The notes: generated by a model not told the origin, from the sequence alone. Shown: positions 21,014 through 32,640, counted from the first letter of the stretch. The stretch: 64,000 nt of DNA from an uncultured Gemmatimonadales bacterium (GCA_963809895.1 CAWELD010000010.1:928001-992000); one strand, 5' to 3'. Made by a program: numbers and translations.

Positions 21014-22296
21014 GCGCGGAGGCCTGTCCGGGCGCCCGCATGCACGGGCTGATCACGGAGCTCTATCCGATCTGCCGCAGCATCACGGGCGACGGCGTGC
21101 GCCGCACCCTGGAGCGCGTGGGCAAGGCGATCCCGCTGGAGGTGCGCGAAGTCCCCTCGGGCACCCCCGTGCTGGACTGGATCGTGCCCGACGAGTGGAA
21201 CGTGCGTGAGGCCTGGATCCAGGACGGCCAGGGACGGCGCCTGGTCGACTTCGACGAGCACAACCTGCACCTGATGAGCTATTCGGTGCCGGTGGCGGCC
21301 CGCATGGACCTGGACGAATTGAGGCCGCACCTGCACACGCTCCCCGAGGCGCCCGACCGGATCCCCTATCGCACGAGCTACTACCGGAGGGACTGGGGCT
21401 TCTGTGTCACGGAGCGCCAGCTGGAGTCGTTCCCGGACCGTGATCTCGAGGTGCGCGTCGACACCACCCTGGAGCCGGGCTCGCTCACGTACGGGGAGTG
21501 CGTCCTGCAGGGCGAGCGGCCCGAAGAGATCCTGGTGTCGGCGCATTGCTGCCATCCTTCGCTGGCCAACGACAACCTCTCGGGAATCGCGGTGGCGGTG
21601 GAGCTGGCGCGGGCGTTGGCGGCGTCCCCTCGTCGCTGGACGTACCGGTTCCTGTTTGCGCCGGGCACCATCGGTGCCCTCACCTGGCTGGCGCGCAACC
21701 GGGACGCGGTCGGCCGTATCCGCGGAGGTCTCGTGCTGGCGGGCGTCGGCGATCAGGGGCCGCCCACCTACAAGGCCAGCCGGCGGGGCGACGCTCTCGT
21801 GGACCGGGCCGCCCGATGGGTGGTCGCACGGCGGGGGGGCACGGTGAGGCCCTTCGCGCCCACGGGATACGACGAGCGCCAGTACGGCTCACCGGGCTTC
21901 GACCTGCCGGTGGGGTGCTTCATGCGCACGCCCCCAGGGGAGTATCCCGAGTATCACACCTCGGCGGACGATCTCGCGTTCACGCGCGAGGACAGCCTGG
22001 CCGACTCGCTGGACTGCTTGCTCGAAGTGGTGGAGATCCTCGAGCACGAAGGCACCTGGGTCAACCTGAGCCCCTTCGGCGAACCGCAGCTCGGAAGGCG
22101 CGGCCTCTACTCCCAGACCGGCGGGGATCCCGGGACCCCGGCCACTCAGGAGGCCGTGCTCTGGGTTCTCAATCAGTCCGACGGACGCCGCGGGCTGCTG
22201 GAGATCGCCGAGCGCGCGGGCCTGTCGTTCCGCGACGTGCGGGCCGCCGCCGCGGCCCTGGCCGAAGCGGGGCTGCTGGAGCGACGAGAATCATGA
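21010..22296 (+). CDS. DUF4910 family protein (M28 aminopeptidase-like with C-terminal winged helix), polysaccharide-locus associated
   Basis: [53 protein letters not shown]. Confidence 0.9.
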   Translation: MSAEACPGARMHGLITELYPICRSITGDGVRRTLERVGKAIPLEVREVPSGTPVLDWIVPDEWNVREAWIQDGQGRRLVDFDEHNLHLMSYSVPVAARMDLDELRPHLHTLPEAPDRIPYRTSYYRRDWGFCVTERQLESFPDRDLEVRVDTTLEPGSLTYGECVLQGERPEEILVSAHCCHPSLANDNLSGIAVAVELARALAASPRRWTYRFLFAPGTIGALTWLARNRDAVGRIRGGLVLAGVGDQGPPTYKASRRGDALVDRAARWVVARRGGTVRPFAPTGYDERQYGSPGFDLPVGCFMRTPPGEYPEYHTSADDLAFTREDSLADSLDCLLEVVEILEHEGTWVNLSPFGEPQLGRRGLYSQTGGDPGTPATQEAVLWVLNQSDGRRGLLEIAERAGLSFRDVRAAAAALAEAGLLERRES

Positions 22297-22342
22297 CGAC
22301 CACGAGTACTGGAACGGGAATCCCCGGGATCCGGGAGGTAAC

Positions 22343-23404
22343 ATGCGCGTCCTGATGACGGGACACGACGGCTACGTCGGCACGGTCATGTCCGAGGTGT
22401 TCGCACGGGCAGGACACGACGTCGTGGGGTTGGATACGGGGTTCTTCAGCGATTGCGCCTTCGGCCCGCCGGTGGAGGCTCCGGTCCAGGAGGCGCGCTG
22501 GCTCGACGTGCGCGACGTCACGTCCGACTCACTGGAGGGATTCGACGCCGTGGTGCATCTGGCGGCGCTCTCCAACGACCCTCTGGGCAACCTGGATCCC
22601 GAGCTCACGTACGCCATCAACCACCGCGCCAGCGTGCGCCTGGCCCGGGCCGCCAAGCGTGCCGGCGTGCCGCGGTTCCTGTTCGCTTCGTCGTGCTCGT
22701 TGTACGGGGCCCAGGGGGATGCGGTGCTGGACGAGTCGGCCCCGCTCCGCCCCATCACGCCCTACGGCCGCTCCAAGATCATGGTGGAGCGTGACCTGTC
22801 GTCGTTGGCGGGCGACGCCTTCAGCCCCACCTACCTCCGCAACGCCACCGCGTACGGCGTGTCACCGCGACTCCGTGGAGACGTGGTGGTGAACAACCTG
22901 GTGGCGTACGCCTTCACCACCGGTGACGTGCTGATCCAGAGCGACGGGACACCCTGGCGGCCCCTCGTGCACGTGCGCGATTTCAGCGCGGCGTTTCTGG
23001 CGGCCCTGGAAGCGCCGAGGGAGGACGTCCACGACCGGGCGTTCAACGTCGGACGCACCTCCGAGAACTACCAGGTGCGGGATCTGGGGGAGATGGTCGA
23101 GGCAGCCGTCCCCGGCAGCACCGTGCGGTACGCCGAGGGGGGAGGCCCCGACCCCCGGAGCTACCGGGTGGATTGTTCGCGCCTCGAATCGACGCTGACG
23201 GGTTACCGGCCCGAGTGGACGGTGGAGCGGGGCATCCACGAGCTGCTGGAGGCCTTCCGCGCCGCGGGCCTCGATCGGGACGAGTTCCTCGGCGGGCGGT
23301 ATTTTCGCCTGAAGACCATCGACCGCCTGCGCGCCGCCGGCCACCTGGCCGACGACCTGCGCTGGAGCCGACCGACGTCACCCGCGCTGTTGGGGGTGTC
23401 ATGA
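22343..23404 (+). CDS. NAD-dependent epimerase/dehydratase (extended SDR)
   Basis: [23 protein letters not shown], catalytic YGRSK. GGAGG RBS. Confidence 0.92.
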   Translation: MRVLMTGHDGYVGTVMSEVFARAGHDVVGLDTGFFSDCAFGPPVEAPVQEARWLDVRDVTSDSLEGFDAVVHLAALSNDPLGNLDPELTYAINHRASVRLARAAKRAGVPRFLFASSCSLYGAQGDAVLDESAPLRPITPYGRSKIMVERDLSSLAGDAFSPTYLRNATAYGVSPRLRGDVVVNNLVAYAFTTGDVLIQSDGTPWRPLVHVRDFSAAFLAALEAPREDVHDRAFNVGRTSENYQVRDLGEMVEAAVPGSTVRYAEGGGPDPRSYRVDCSRLESTLTGYRPEWTVERGIHELLEAFRAAGLDRDEFLGGRYFRLKTIDRLRAAGHLADDLRWSRPTSPALLGVS

Positions 23405-24204
23405 AGGTCGTGCTCTTCTGCGGCGGACTCGGGATGCGCCTGCGGGAGTATTCGGGCAACGTCCCCAAGCCCATGGTGCAGATCGGTCAGCGCCCGATCC
23501 TCTGGTACCTGATGAAGTACTACGCCCACTTCGGGCACAAGGACTTCATCCTGTGTCTCGGATATCAGGGGCACGTCATCAAGGAGTACTTCCTCAACTA
23601 CGAGGAGTACACCACCAACGACTTCGTGCTGTCCGACGGGGGGCGCACCCGAGAGCTTCTGGGACGGGACATGGAGGACTGGCGCATCACCTTCGTGGAC
23701 ACGGGCCTGGAGTCCAGCATCGGCCAGCGCCTCCGTCGTGTGCGGCACCATCTCGACGGTGAGGAGACGTTCCTGGCCAACTACGCCGATGGGCTGTCGG
23801 ACCTGCCGCTGTCGTGTCAAATCGAGGACTTCGAAGCACGCTCCCAGGTCGCCAGCTTCATCTCGGTGAAGCCCAACATCAGCTATCACTTCGTCGAATC
23901 CGACGAGAGCGGGGCCGTCACCGGGTTCCGTGACATCGCGCACTCGGGGATCCGCGTGAACGGCGGGTTCTTCGTCTTCCGGCAGGCCATCTTCGACTAC
24001 GTCCACGAAGGCGAGGACCTCGTGGAGGAGCCCTTCGACCGTCTCATCGCCGCCGGCGCGCTCAGGGCCTATCGCTACGACGGGTTCTGGCTGCCGGTGG
24101 ACACCGCCAAGGACAAGGAGCGCGTGGATCGGCTCTATGCCGCCGGCTCGCCTCCCTGGGAGGTCTGGAGCGGTCCGGCACTTGGAGGGGCGTCCAGCAC
24201 ATGA
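23401..24204 (+). CDS. rfbF: Glucose-1-phosphate cytidylyltransferase
   Basis: [44 protein letters not shown]. Confidence 0.9.
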   Translation: MKVVLFCGGLGMRLREYSGNVPKPMVQIGQRPILWYLMKYYAHFGHKDFILCLGYQGHVIKEYFLNYEEYTTNDFVLSDGGRTRELLGRDMEDWRITFVDTGLESSIGQRLRRVRHHLDGEETFLANYADGLSDLPLSCQIEDFEARSQVASFISVKPNISYHFVESDESGAVTGFRDIAHSGIRVNGGFFVFRQAIFDYVHEGEDLVEEPFDRLIAAGALRAYRYDGFWLPVDTAKDKERVDRLYAAGSPPWEVWSGPALGGASST

Positions 24205-24857
24205 TCGAGCTGCGGCTGTCCGGGGACGACTCGCGACCGTTGGATCTGCTGTGCGTGGGCGCCCATGCCGACGACATCGAGATCGGCTGCGGAGCGACGG
24301 TGCTGTCTCTCCTGGCGGCCCGACCGGTGCGCGTTCGCTGGGTCGTGCTGAGCGGCTCACCGGAGCGGGCGGCGGAGGCCCGTGACAGCGCCGCGGTCTT
24401 CCTCGCTGAAGCCCTGGGGTCGGAGGTGGCGGTGCACCAGTTCACCGACGGGCTCTTCCCGGTCGAACGCGCCGACCTCAAGGCCGTCTTCGAGGCTCTC
24501 AAGGCGGAGCGCGCTCCAGACGTGATCCTGGCCCACGAGGAGGCCGATCTCCACCAGGACCACGCGCTGGTCGGCGCGCTGGTGCGGGAGACCTTCCGCG
24601 ATCACCTGATCCTCGGATACGAGATTCCCAAGTTCGATGGCGGCCTGGGCGCACCCAACTGCTTCGTGCCCTTCGGCGAGGCCGTGCGCCGGCGCAAAGT
24701 GGATGCGTTGCTCGAGCACTTCCCCAGCCAGCGGAGTCGGCGCTGGTTCGCGGCGGAAACCTTCGACGCCCTCATGCGTCTGCGCGGTGTGGAGTGCGCC
24801 TCACCCACGGGGTACGCGGAGGCGTTCCACGCGAGGAAGCTCCGCCTCGTGCCATGA
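24201..24857 (+). CDS. PIG-L/LmbE family de-N-acetylase
   Basis: GAHADDIEIG and HQDH zinc motifs. Confidence 0.9.
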   Translation: MIELRLSGDDSRPLDLLCVGAHADDIEIGCGATVLSLLAARPVRVRWVVLSGSPERAAEARDSAAVFLAEALGSEVAVHQFTDGLFPVERADLKAVFEALKAERAPDVILAHEEADLHQDHALVGALVRETFRDHLILGYEIPKFDGGLGAPNCFVPFGEAVRRRKVDALLEHFPSQRSRRWFAAETFDALMRLRGVECASPTGYAEAFHARKLRLVP

Positions 24858-25826
24858 GCGCCGCGCCCGTCGTCAGCGTGGTCACGCCGTTCTACAATAC
24901 GGAGCGCTACCTGGCCGAGTGCATCGAGAGCGTGCTCGAGCAGACCTTCACCGACTTCGAATACGTCCTGGCCGACAACGCCAGCACGGACGGGTCGCTG
25001 GAGATCGCGCGCAGCTATCGCACGTCGGGACCCACGGGTGCGGGTCCACGCCTTCGACGAGCATCTGGCGCAGCACGCCAACTACAATCGCGCGTTGGGT
25101 CTGGTCCGGCGGGAAGCGCGCTACTGCAAGGTGGTGCAGGCGGACGATGCCCTGGTGCCAGCCTGTCTGGAGGAGATGGTGCGGCTGGCCGAAAGCGATG
25201 ACCGGATCGGGATGGTGGGCGCGTACACGGTGCTCCAGGACTCGGTCTTCCTCGACGGGTTGGACTTTCACGAGACCGTGGTGAACGGCCGCGAGCTGTG
25301 TCGGCGTTATCTTCTGGGCGGGCCGTACATCTTCGGGAATCCGACGACCTGCCTGTACCGGATGAGCGAGGTGCGTACGCGTCCCGACTTCTATCCCACC
25401 CACACGGTCATGGGCGACACCGAGGTGGCGGTGCAGATCCTGGACGGCGCGGACTTCGGCTTCGTGCATCAGGTGTTGAGCTTCGTGCGCACGGAGAACG
25501 ACTCGGTGAGCACGCGCCTCACGGGCTTCGGCATCGATCCCCTGACCCGGCGCATCCTGCTCGAGAAGTACGGGGAGCGGTTCCTGGAGCCCGACGAACT
25601 GGCCAGGGAACGTCGCCGTCTACGCCGCCGCCACTACCGGGTCCTCGGCGAGGGGCTACTGCTGCGGAAACCGCGGCGATTCTGGGCGTTGCACCGCGCC
25701 GAGCTCGCCCAAGCGGGCTTGAAGATCCGTCCCTTCCTGGTGGTGGTGGGCGCGCTGGTCATGGCCGTGCGCCTGTCGCTGAACCTGGAGGGAGCGCTCC
25801 GCGGCACCTGGCACTGGCGGTTCTGA
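24854..25826 (+). CDS. Glycosyltransferase family 2, frameshift at ~25028
   Basis: VSVVTPFYNTERYLAECIESVL and DNASTDGS, continued in the next frame by NYNRAL and ADD. Confidence 0.88.
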
Positions 25827-25829
25827 CCT

Positions 25830-26945
25830 ATGCCGCTCGCCAGATACTCGGGTCTCATGCGTGAGGCGTCGCGCCGGTTCGGTGTGAGCCGCGTCCGTCA
25901 GACCAGCGACCTGGTCCGCCTGCGTGGGGGCCGCTCGCGGCTGGGGGTGTCCGACTACTTCCAGTTCCGCCTCTTCGACCGGGAATTCACCGGCGGCTGG
26001 CATCCGGAGCGGTACGTCGGGTGGCGCGACCAGCAGCGCCTCGCCGCCCTCATGAACGACCGCCGGGGCACCACGGCGGCGTGGGACAAGCTCACCTTCT
26101 ACGCGCTGTGCCGCACCCTGGGGCTGCCCCATCCGGAGGTGCTGGCCGTGTTCGATCCGTCCGGCCGCCGGACGCAGCCCGGGATCCCGACCCTGCGCAA
26201 CCTCGTCGACGTGGAGGGCTTCCTCGCCGAGGCACCGCTCCCGATCTTCGGAAAGCCCAGCTACGGACAGCAGAGCCTCGGCAACTTCCAGGTCCTCTCC
26301 TACGACCGCGCGGCGCGGCGCGTGCAGCTGGACGACGCCGGCTGGGTGGAGCTCGACGGGCTGTGCGGTGCGCATCTGGCGCCCACCGGCACCGAGCTCC
26401 TGCGTCCCGAGCTGGGTGTCCTCTTCCAGGTCACCATCGACCAGCTTCCCGAGATCACCCGCATCACGGGGCACGAGACCATATCGGGGCTCCGGGTCGT
26501 GTATCTGAACACACCCCGTCACCGAGGGGTGATCCGCGTGGTGTGGAAGATCATCGGCGGCGACGCCCGCACCGACAACTTCCGCGAAGGCCGACTCGGG
26601 AACCTGGTGGCGGCCGTGGATCCGGGGTCGGGTCGGGTGGAGATGGCCATCGACGGGCTGTGGCCGTGGGGGCGTGAGGTGAGCCACCACCCGGTGACCG
26701 GCGAGCCGCTCACCGGCCGCGTGCTCCCCATGTGGGACGCGGTCCTGGCGCTGGTGGAGCGGGCCGCCGGCGCGTTCCCCATGATGGGGCTCCAACACTG
26801 GGACGTCGTGCTGGGCCGGGAGGGTCCGCTCCTGTTGGAGTTGAACGACCCGGGGGGCACCGCGTGGCTGCAGTTCTTCGGTGAGGGCCTCCTGGTGCCT
26901 CCCCTCAGCGACGAGTTGGACGGGAAGCTCCGAACTCGCGCGTGA
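25830..26945 (+). CDS. Sugar-transfer-associated ATP-grasp protein
   Basis: DYFQFRLF, WDKLTFY, FGKPSYG, LRVV, TDNF, HPVTG, WDVV and LLELND fit the ATPgrasp_ST pattern. Confidence 0.82.
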   Translation: MPLARYSGLMREASRRFGVSRVRQTSDLVRLRGGRSRLGVSDYFQFRLFDREFTGGWHPERYVGWRDQQRLAALMNDRRGTTAAWDKLTFYALCRTLGLPHPEVLAVFDPSGRRTQPGIPTLRNLVDVEGFLAEAPLPIFGKPSYGQQSLGNFQVLSYDRAARRVQLDDAGWVELDGLCGAHLAPTGTELLRPELGVLFQVTIDQLPEITRITGHETISGLRVVYLNTPRHRGVIRVVWKIIGGDARTDNFREGRLGNLVAAVDPGSGRVEMAIDGLWPWGREVSHHPVTGEPLTGRVLPMWDAVLALVERAAGAFPMMGLQHWDVVLGREGPLLLELNDPGGTAWLQFFGEGLLVPPLSDELDGKLRTRA

Positions 26946-27045
26946 GCTGTGATGGACTGGCGGGTGGGGGTGGTTCACATCGTCTCGCAATGCGCGCGTA
27001 CGCGCCACTGGCGCCGCCACCCTTCGGAGATGTTATCCTTTTCCG

Positions 27046-29421
27046 ATGCTGACTCTCCTTCTCGCGCTCCAGCTCGCCGCCGCCCCACCTGCATCTCGCC
27101 CGCTGGGCGAGGTCGGTGCCGCGGCCGATACCAGTTCGGTCTATCGCGGCCGTGACGATGCCATCGCGGTGGAGCCGCCCCGCCTGGAAGCCGATGCGAC
27201 GATCGACGGGGTCCTGGACGAGGACGTCTGGTCCCGGGCCGCCGTCCTGACGGGCTTCTCCCAGTATCAGCCGGTGGACGGGCTGCCTGCCGACGACGAC
27301 ACCGAGGTGCTGGTCTGGTACTCGCCGGACGCGCTCTATCTCGGCGTCCGGGCGCACGAGCCCCATGCCCCGGTGAACGCCACCCTGGCGGACCGTGACA
27401 AGATCTTCGGTGACGACTACGTGCAGATACTGCTGGACCCCTTCCACGATGGCCGGCGCGCGCTGCTCTTCGCCGTGAATCCCCTGGGGGTGCAGGCCGA
27501 CGGGACGCAGACCGAGGAGGAGCGCGCTCGTTCGGGGATGTTCAGCGCCGAGGAGGCCAGCGCCAGGATCGACCTGAGCCCCGACTATCTCTTCCAGTCG
27601 AAGGGACGTCTGGTGGACGGCGGCTACGAGGTGGAGATCCGGGTTCCGTTCAAGAGCCTGCGCTTTCCGTCGGCCCAGCCCCAGACCTGGGGCATCAACG
27701 TCCTGCGCCGCGTCCAGCATGCCGGACAGATGCAGAGCTGGACCCGCGTCCGGCGGGGCGAGACCTCGTTCCTGGCTCAGGGCGGCACCCTGGAAGGAAT
27801 GTCGGGCATGGACCGGGGATTGGTGGTGGACGTGAACCCCGTGGTGACCAGCCAGACGCTGGGCACGCCCGATGCCACGGGGGCGTGGGACTACGACCGT
27901 CAGGCCAGCCAATGGGGACTGAACACCCGCTGGGGGGTGACCACCGACCTCACGCTGAACGGCACGGTGAATCCCGATTTCTCCCAGGTGGAGGCCGACG
28001 TCCAGCAGATCCAGTTCGATCCGCGGGCCGGGCTCTCCTATCCGGAGAAGCGTCCGTTCTTCCTGGAGGGCGCCGAGCAGTTCTCCGCACCGGGAGGGCT
28101 CATCTACACGCGTCGGATCGTGGACCCGTCGGCCGCGGTCAAGCTGGCCGGCAAGATGGGCGGCATGGACGTGGGATTCCTGTCCGCCGTGGACGACCGG
28201 TCGCTGTCGGCCTCCGGTGAGGACCGCCCGTTGTACAACATCCTGCGCGTACGCCGGGGCGTCGGGGAGCGCTCCACCCTGGGGCTCACCTACACCGACC
28301 GCGTGGCCGGAAGCGACTACAACCGTGTCGCGTCGGTGGATGGCCGGCTCATCTCCGGGGCGTACACGCTTACCGGACAGTTGGCCGGGAGTCGCACGCG
28401 AGCCGGCGACGAGGTGACGACGGCCCCCATGTGGAGCCTCCAGCTCCAGCGCGCGGGGCGGGAGTTCGGCTGGTCGCTGTCGGGGTCGGCCATGTCGCCC
28501 GACTTCCAGGCAGGGAGCGGCTTCATCCGCCGTCCCGGGATCGCCAGCTTCAGCTTCAGCCCGCGCGTGACCCGCTTCGGATCGGCGGGATCACGCCTGG
28601 AGAGTTGGGGCACCAGCCTTCTGCTCAACGGCGTGTGGCTCTACGACCGGCTGGGGGAGAGACAGGCCGACGAGGCCAAGCTCCATATCAACAACACGCT
28701 CACCTTCCGCGGCGGGTGGACGTTGGGCGCTTCCTTCCTGCTCGAGGCATTCCGCCTCCCGCCGGACCTCTACGACGGCTACGCCATCGATCTCGGGTCG
28801 GACACGGTGCCCTTCGTCGGGCGTCCCACCATCAACAACTACGACTTCGTCCTGAACCTCTCCACGCCCCAGTTCCCCACCTTCTCCATGAACGGGTTCG
28901 TGATCCTGGGTCGGGACGAGAACTTCTCCGAGTGGGCGCCCGGATACCTGCTCTGGACCGAGACCACGGCGAACTGGCGGCCCACGGAGCGGGTGCGGGT
29001 CGAGGCCCGCTACAGCGAGAACCGCGTGATGAGGCCCGCCGACTGGAGCGACGTGAGCCTGACCCGGGTGCCGCGCCTCAAGGTCGAATACCAGCTCGCG
29101 CGGCCCGTCTTTCTGCGGTTGGTGGGACAGTACGTGTCGCGGGAGCAGGACGATCTGCGCGACGACGGGCGGACGGATCGGCCACTGTTGCGGCCCGACC
29201 CGGACACCGGCGAGTACGTACCCATCACCGGGTGGAGGTCCAACGGCCTCAGGGTCGACTGGCTGTTCTCGTATCAACCGAGCCCGGGCACGGTGATCTT
29301 CGCCGGCTACGGGAGCACGATGGAGGAGGACCGGGCCTTCCGCTTCGACGGACTGACCCGGCAGCAGGACGCGTTCTTCGTGAAGCTATCGTACTTGTTC
29401 CGCACAGGGGGGGGAGGATGA
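27046..29421 (+). CDS. DUF5916 outer-membrane protein with N-terminal CBM9-like domain
   Basis: IDGVLDEDVW, EIRVPFKSLRF, TVNPDFSQVEAD, EKRPFFLEG, YTRRI, C-terminal FFVKLSYLF. Confidence 0.9.
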   Translation: MLTLLLALQLAAAPPASRPLGEVGAAADTSSVYRGRDDAIAVEPPRLEADATIDGVLDEDVWSRAAVLTGFSQYQPVDGLPADDDTEVLVWYSPDALYLGVRAHEPHAPVNATLADRDKIFGDDYVQILLDPFHDGRRALLFAVNPLGVQADGTQTEEERARSGMFSAEEASARIDLSPDYLFQSKGRLVDGGYEVEIRVPFKSLRFPSAQPQTWGINVLRRVQHAGQMQSWTRVRRGETSFLAQGGTLEGMSGMDRGLVVDVNPVVTSQTLGTPDATGAWDYDRQASQWGLNTRWGVTTDLTLNGTVNPDFSQVEADVQQIQFDPRAGLSYPEKRPFFLEGAEQFSAPGGLIYTRRIVDPSAAVKLAGKMGGMDVGFLSAVDDRSLSASGEDRPLYNILRVRRGVGERSTLGLTYTDRVAGSDYNRVASVDGRLISGAYTLTGQLAGSRTRAGDEVTTAPMWSLQLQRAGREFGWSLSGSAMSPDFQAGSGFIRRPGIASFSFSPRVTRFGSAGSRLESWGTSLLLNGVWLYDRLGERQADEAKLHINNTLTFRGGWTLGASFLLEAFRLPPDLYDGYAIDLGSDTVPFVGRPTINNYDFVLNLSTPQFPTFSMNGFVILGRDENFSEWAPGYLLWTETTANWRPTERVRVEARYSENRVMRPADWSDVSLTRVPRLKVEYQLARPVFLRLVGQYVSREQDDLRDDGRTDRPLLRPDPDTGEYVPITGWRSNGLRVDWLFSYQPSPGTVIFAGYGSTMEEDRAFRFDGLTRQQDAFFVKLSYLFRTGGGG

Positions 29422-30222
29422 GGATGACGATGAAGACTGGATGGGTCGCGGTGCCGGTTCTGGCGGTGCTGTTCGCGGCACCGCTGAAGGGCAGGGCCCA
29501 GCGAGCGGCCATGGCGCCGGCGGACGGCCGGGACGGTGATCCGGAGGATGCACGATCGCTACGCGGGGCAGTGGTATCCCCACCTCACCTTCCGGCAGCG
29601 GAGCGACTTCTACGCCGAAGGCGCGGTGAGCCGCACCGAGACCTGGTACGAGGCGCTGTCCGTGCCCGGGCGCCTGCGGATCTCCATCGGCGACGTGTCC
29701 GGCAAGAACGGTATCCTCTTCCGCGCCGACAGCCAGTACGTCTACCAGGAGGGCGCCCTGGCGGCGGCCCGGCCCACCATCCACCCGCTCCTCGTGCTGG
29801 GCTTCGACGTGTACGGCCAGTCTCCCGAGCGGACCGTGGAGCAGCTTCGGCGGCTCGGCATGAAGCTCGACCAGGTCGGAACCACCTCGGACGAAGGCCA
29901 CACGTATTGGCGGGTGGGAGACGCCGACGAGGGTGGGGAGTTCTGGATCGACCCCGAGACGCTGACCTTCGACCGGCTCATCCGCATGACGCCGGCGGGA
30001 GCCCGCACGGTGACGCGCTTTCTCGACTACGAGCAGATGGCCGGTGGCTGGGTGGCGAAGCGCGTGGAGTTCACCACCGACGGGGCGCTGACCCTGGTGG
30101 AGACGTACCACGAGCTGGAGACGCCCACGTCGCTCCCGGCCGCGATCTACCAGCCCTCGGGCTCGCTGTCGGCCGACGTGGTGCCGTGGACTCCCGGCGG
30201 TGGAGGCGGCGAGGGGCGCTGA
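29418..30222 (+). CDS. Secreted hypothetical protein (LolA/DUF2092-like beta-rich), frameshift at ~29533
   Basis: Signal peptide from ATG 29418 joins the frame MHDRYAGQWYPHLTFRQ...TWYEALSVPGRLRI. Confidence 0.65.
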
Positions 30223-30245
30223 GGGTCAAGGGCGGGAGCTCGACC

Positions 30246-31436
30246 TCAGGACAGGGGCGTCAGCCGCAACATCACGACGCCGTGTGACGGGACCATGGCC
30301 TGGTACCGGCCGGCGTGCACTCCCCGGTCCTCGTGGGCCCACAGATCCCGGACGCGCACCGAGTCGCTGTCGAGCCCCGTGCGCCCGAAGCTCACCGTGA
30401 TGGGTGTCGGCACGGTAGCGCGGTTCAGGAGCGCCACGGCGCGGGATCCATCGGCCAGCGGCCTGGACCAGACCTGGAGCTCGGGCGGGTAGTTCTGGAC
30501 GATTCGGCCCTGCACGCCCAGGGAGTCCTGATCCACCGCGATGACCTCCTGGTTGGTGAGGATATCGCGGGTGGCCGCGGTGCGGCGGCCCTCGTCCATG
30601 AGGTCCCGCAGGTCGTTTCCGGCCATGAGCGGGGCGGCCATGATGGCCCACATGCTGAAGTGGGCGCGGTACTCGTCGTTGGTCATGCCACCGTTCCCGA
30701 CCTCGAGCATATCCGGATCGTTCCAGGCGCCGGGTCCGGCGGCGCGCCAGTACTGGGACGAGCGATCCAGGATCGACAGGACGCTCTCCCAGCGATCCGA
30801 GATGTCGCCGGTGGTGCGCCACAGATTGCCCGTCGCGGGACCCCAGTCCCAGGGCTCGTTCGTGCCCCATTCGCAGATGCTGAAGGCGATATCGCGGCCC
30901 GACGCCAGCAGGGCGTCGCGAACCACGGCGTAGCGTTCGCGGGCGTCAAGCCCCTGGGAGTTGCACCAGTCCACCTTCACGTAGTCCACACCCCACTCGG
31001 CGTAGGTGCGCGCGTCCTGCATCTCGTGCCCGTAGGAGCCAGGGCGCCCCTGGCAGGTACGCCGTCCCGCGTCGGTGTAGATCCCGAACTTGAGCCCGAG
31101 CCCGTGCACGTAGTCGGCCAGGGCCTGCATGCCCTCGGGAAAGCGCTCGGGATCGGGTACGATGCGACCGTCGGCGTCGCGCGCCACCTGCCAGCAGTCG
31201 TCGATGACCACGTACTCGTATCCGGCGTCGCGCATTCCGCTCTTCACCATGGCGTCGGCGGTCTCCCGGATCAGCTCGGAGCTCACGTCGCAGTGGAAGT
31301 GGTTCCAGCTGTTCCAGCCCATGGGTGGCGTGCGGGCGAGCCCGTTGTCACCGGGTGCGAAGCGGGCGCCCAGGAGCGCCGCCAGACCCACGGCGGAGGT
31401 CGCGAGGATCATGGACAGCGGTCGGACGCGAAGCAT
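30246..31436 (-). CDS. Alpha-galactosidase, GH27
   Basis: NGLARTPPMGWNSWN, IDDCW, YVKVDWC, WRTTGDI, WNDPDMLEVGNG. Confidence 0.96.
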   Translation of the reverse strand: MLRVRPLSMILATSAVGLAALLGARFAPGDNGLARTPPMGWNSWNHFHCDVSSELIRETADAMVKSGMRDAGYEYVVIDDCWQVARDADGRIVPDPERFPEGMQALADYVHGLGLKFGIYTDAGRRTCQGRPGSYGHEMQDARTYAEWGVDYVKVDWCNSQGLDARERYAVVRDALLASGRDIAFSICEWGTNEPWDWGPATGNLWRTTGDISDRWESVLSILDRSSQYWRAAGPGAWNDPDMLEVGNGGMTNDEYRAHFSMWAIMAAPLMAGNDLRDLMDEGRRTAATRDILTNQEVIAVDQDSLGVQGRIVQNYPPELQVWSRPLADGSRAVALLNRATVPTPITVSFGRTGLDSDSVRVRDLWAHEDRGVHAGRYQAMVPSHGVVMLRLTPLS

Positions 31437-31677
31437 GGCACTCCCTCTCAGCTTCCACCGGAGCAGCCCGGCAGCTGGAACGCTCCGATGCGGGTGGAAT
31501 AGGTCTCGGCGCCTTCTCGGCGGGATTGCGTCCGAACGGGCGAGTCATGCGCCGACCATAGAGGAGGGAGCGACAGCGGGCAACCGCATCGCATCGGCGA
31601 CTGCGCTACCGGGCGTCATGAATCGGGGCGCTCGATCGTTCGATGGTCTCGACAACGCTGATCATGGAGAGGACCTC

Positions 31678-32568
31678 ATGCCATACATCCGTCGGGCTGC
31701 CGTCATCGTCGCGGCCCTCATCCCGTTTCTGGCCGACGCTGCGCCCGCATTCGCGCAGATCCGCGCGAGCGAACGAGCTTCGGTATCGCAGACGCTGGAC
31801 GGTACGACCCTCACGTTGACCTATTCCCGACCCTCCGCCCGCGGAAGGAAGCTGTTCGGTGCCCTGGTTCCGTGGGGCGTCGTCTGGACGCCGGGGGCGA
31901 ACTGGGCCACGACGCTGGAAACGAATCGCGATATCCGAATCGAAGGTACGGCGGTGCCAGCGGGCCGCTATTCGGTGTGGATGATCCCCCGTGAGGATCG
32001 CTGGACGGTGAGCCTCGACCCGGACCCCGACCTCTTCCACTTCCAGAAGCCGGACTCCAGCGACCAGGAGATTCACGTCTCTGTGGAACCCGAGACGGCT
32101 GCCCACGTCGAAATGCTGACCTGGACCTTTCCCGCCGTCACCGGAGACGGCGCGGTGGTGGCCATGCGCTGGGGCACCGTCTCGATTCCGCTGCGGGTGG
32201 TGGCCCAGCCCACCCAGGCCCCGGAGCTCAGTGACGAGGCCAGGCGGCCCATTGTCGGACGATACGACATGAGCTTCGCTCCGGGTATCGGATGGCCCCC
32301 CGAAGGGGTGCTCGAGGTCGTGGAGCGCGACGGCCGCCTGCGGGGCCGGCTCCCGTTCTCCATCCATCCGGGAGACGAGCTCGAGTTCGACCTGGTGCCC
32401 GCGGGCCGCGACCGTTTCAGCCCGGGACTCTATCGAAACGGTGCACTCTTCAATATCGAGATGAGCATCACCTTCGAATTCCAGGTCGACGACGGCCATC
32501 GGGCCGCCGCGGTGATTCTCCGGGGCATCGAGGGCTCCACCTTCGCGGAGGGGGCACGCGCCCGCTGA
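31678..32568 (+). CDS. DUF2911 protein with a C-terminal extension
   Basis: SQTLDGT, YSRPSARGRKLFGALVPWG, WTPGANWAT, VPAGRYS; signal peptide. Confidence 0.88.
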   Translation: MPYIRRAAVIVAALIPFLADAAPAFAQIRASERASVSQTLDGTTLTLTYSRPSARGRKLFGALVPWGVVWTPGANWATTLETNRDIRIEGTAVPAGRYSVWMIPREDRWTVSLDPDPDLFHFQKPDSSDQEIHVSVEPETAAHVEMLTWTFPAVTGDGAVVAMRWGTVSIPLRVVAQPTQAPELSDEARRPIVGRYDMSFAPGIGWPPEGVLEVVERDGRLRGRLPFSIHPGDELEFDLVPAGRDRFSPGLYRNGALFNIEMSITFEFQVDDGHRAAAVILRGIEGSTFAEGARAR

Positions 32569-32591
32569 CGGGAATGGCTTGCTTCGGCGGC

Positions 32592-32607
32592 TGGTACGGT
32601 TCTAGCA
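32592..32607 (+). promoter_or_regulatory. Sigma54 (-24/-12) promoter
   Basis: TGGTACG-GTTC-TAGCA against consensus TGGCACG-N4-TTGCW, with GG and GC at the correct spacing, just upstream of the riboswitch. Confidence 0.65.
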
Positions 32608-32640
32608 TCGAGCAGGGCCTCGAAGGTCGGGTACGCCGAC

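Noticed and set aside
22293..22355. 20-codon ORF between the DUF4910 and SDR genes
   Set aside because: No recognisable features, and the SDR gene has its own GGAGG RBS.
29407..29414. G8 tract as a phase-variation site
   Set aside because: It lies in the last codons of the DUF5916 gene and the next RBS, is short, and homopolymer length is unreliable in this assembly.
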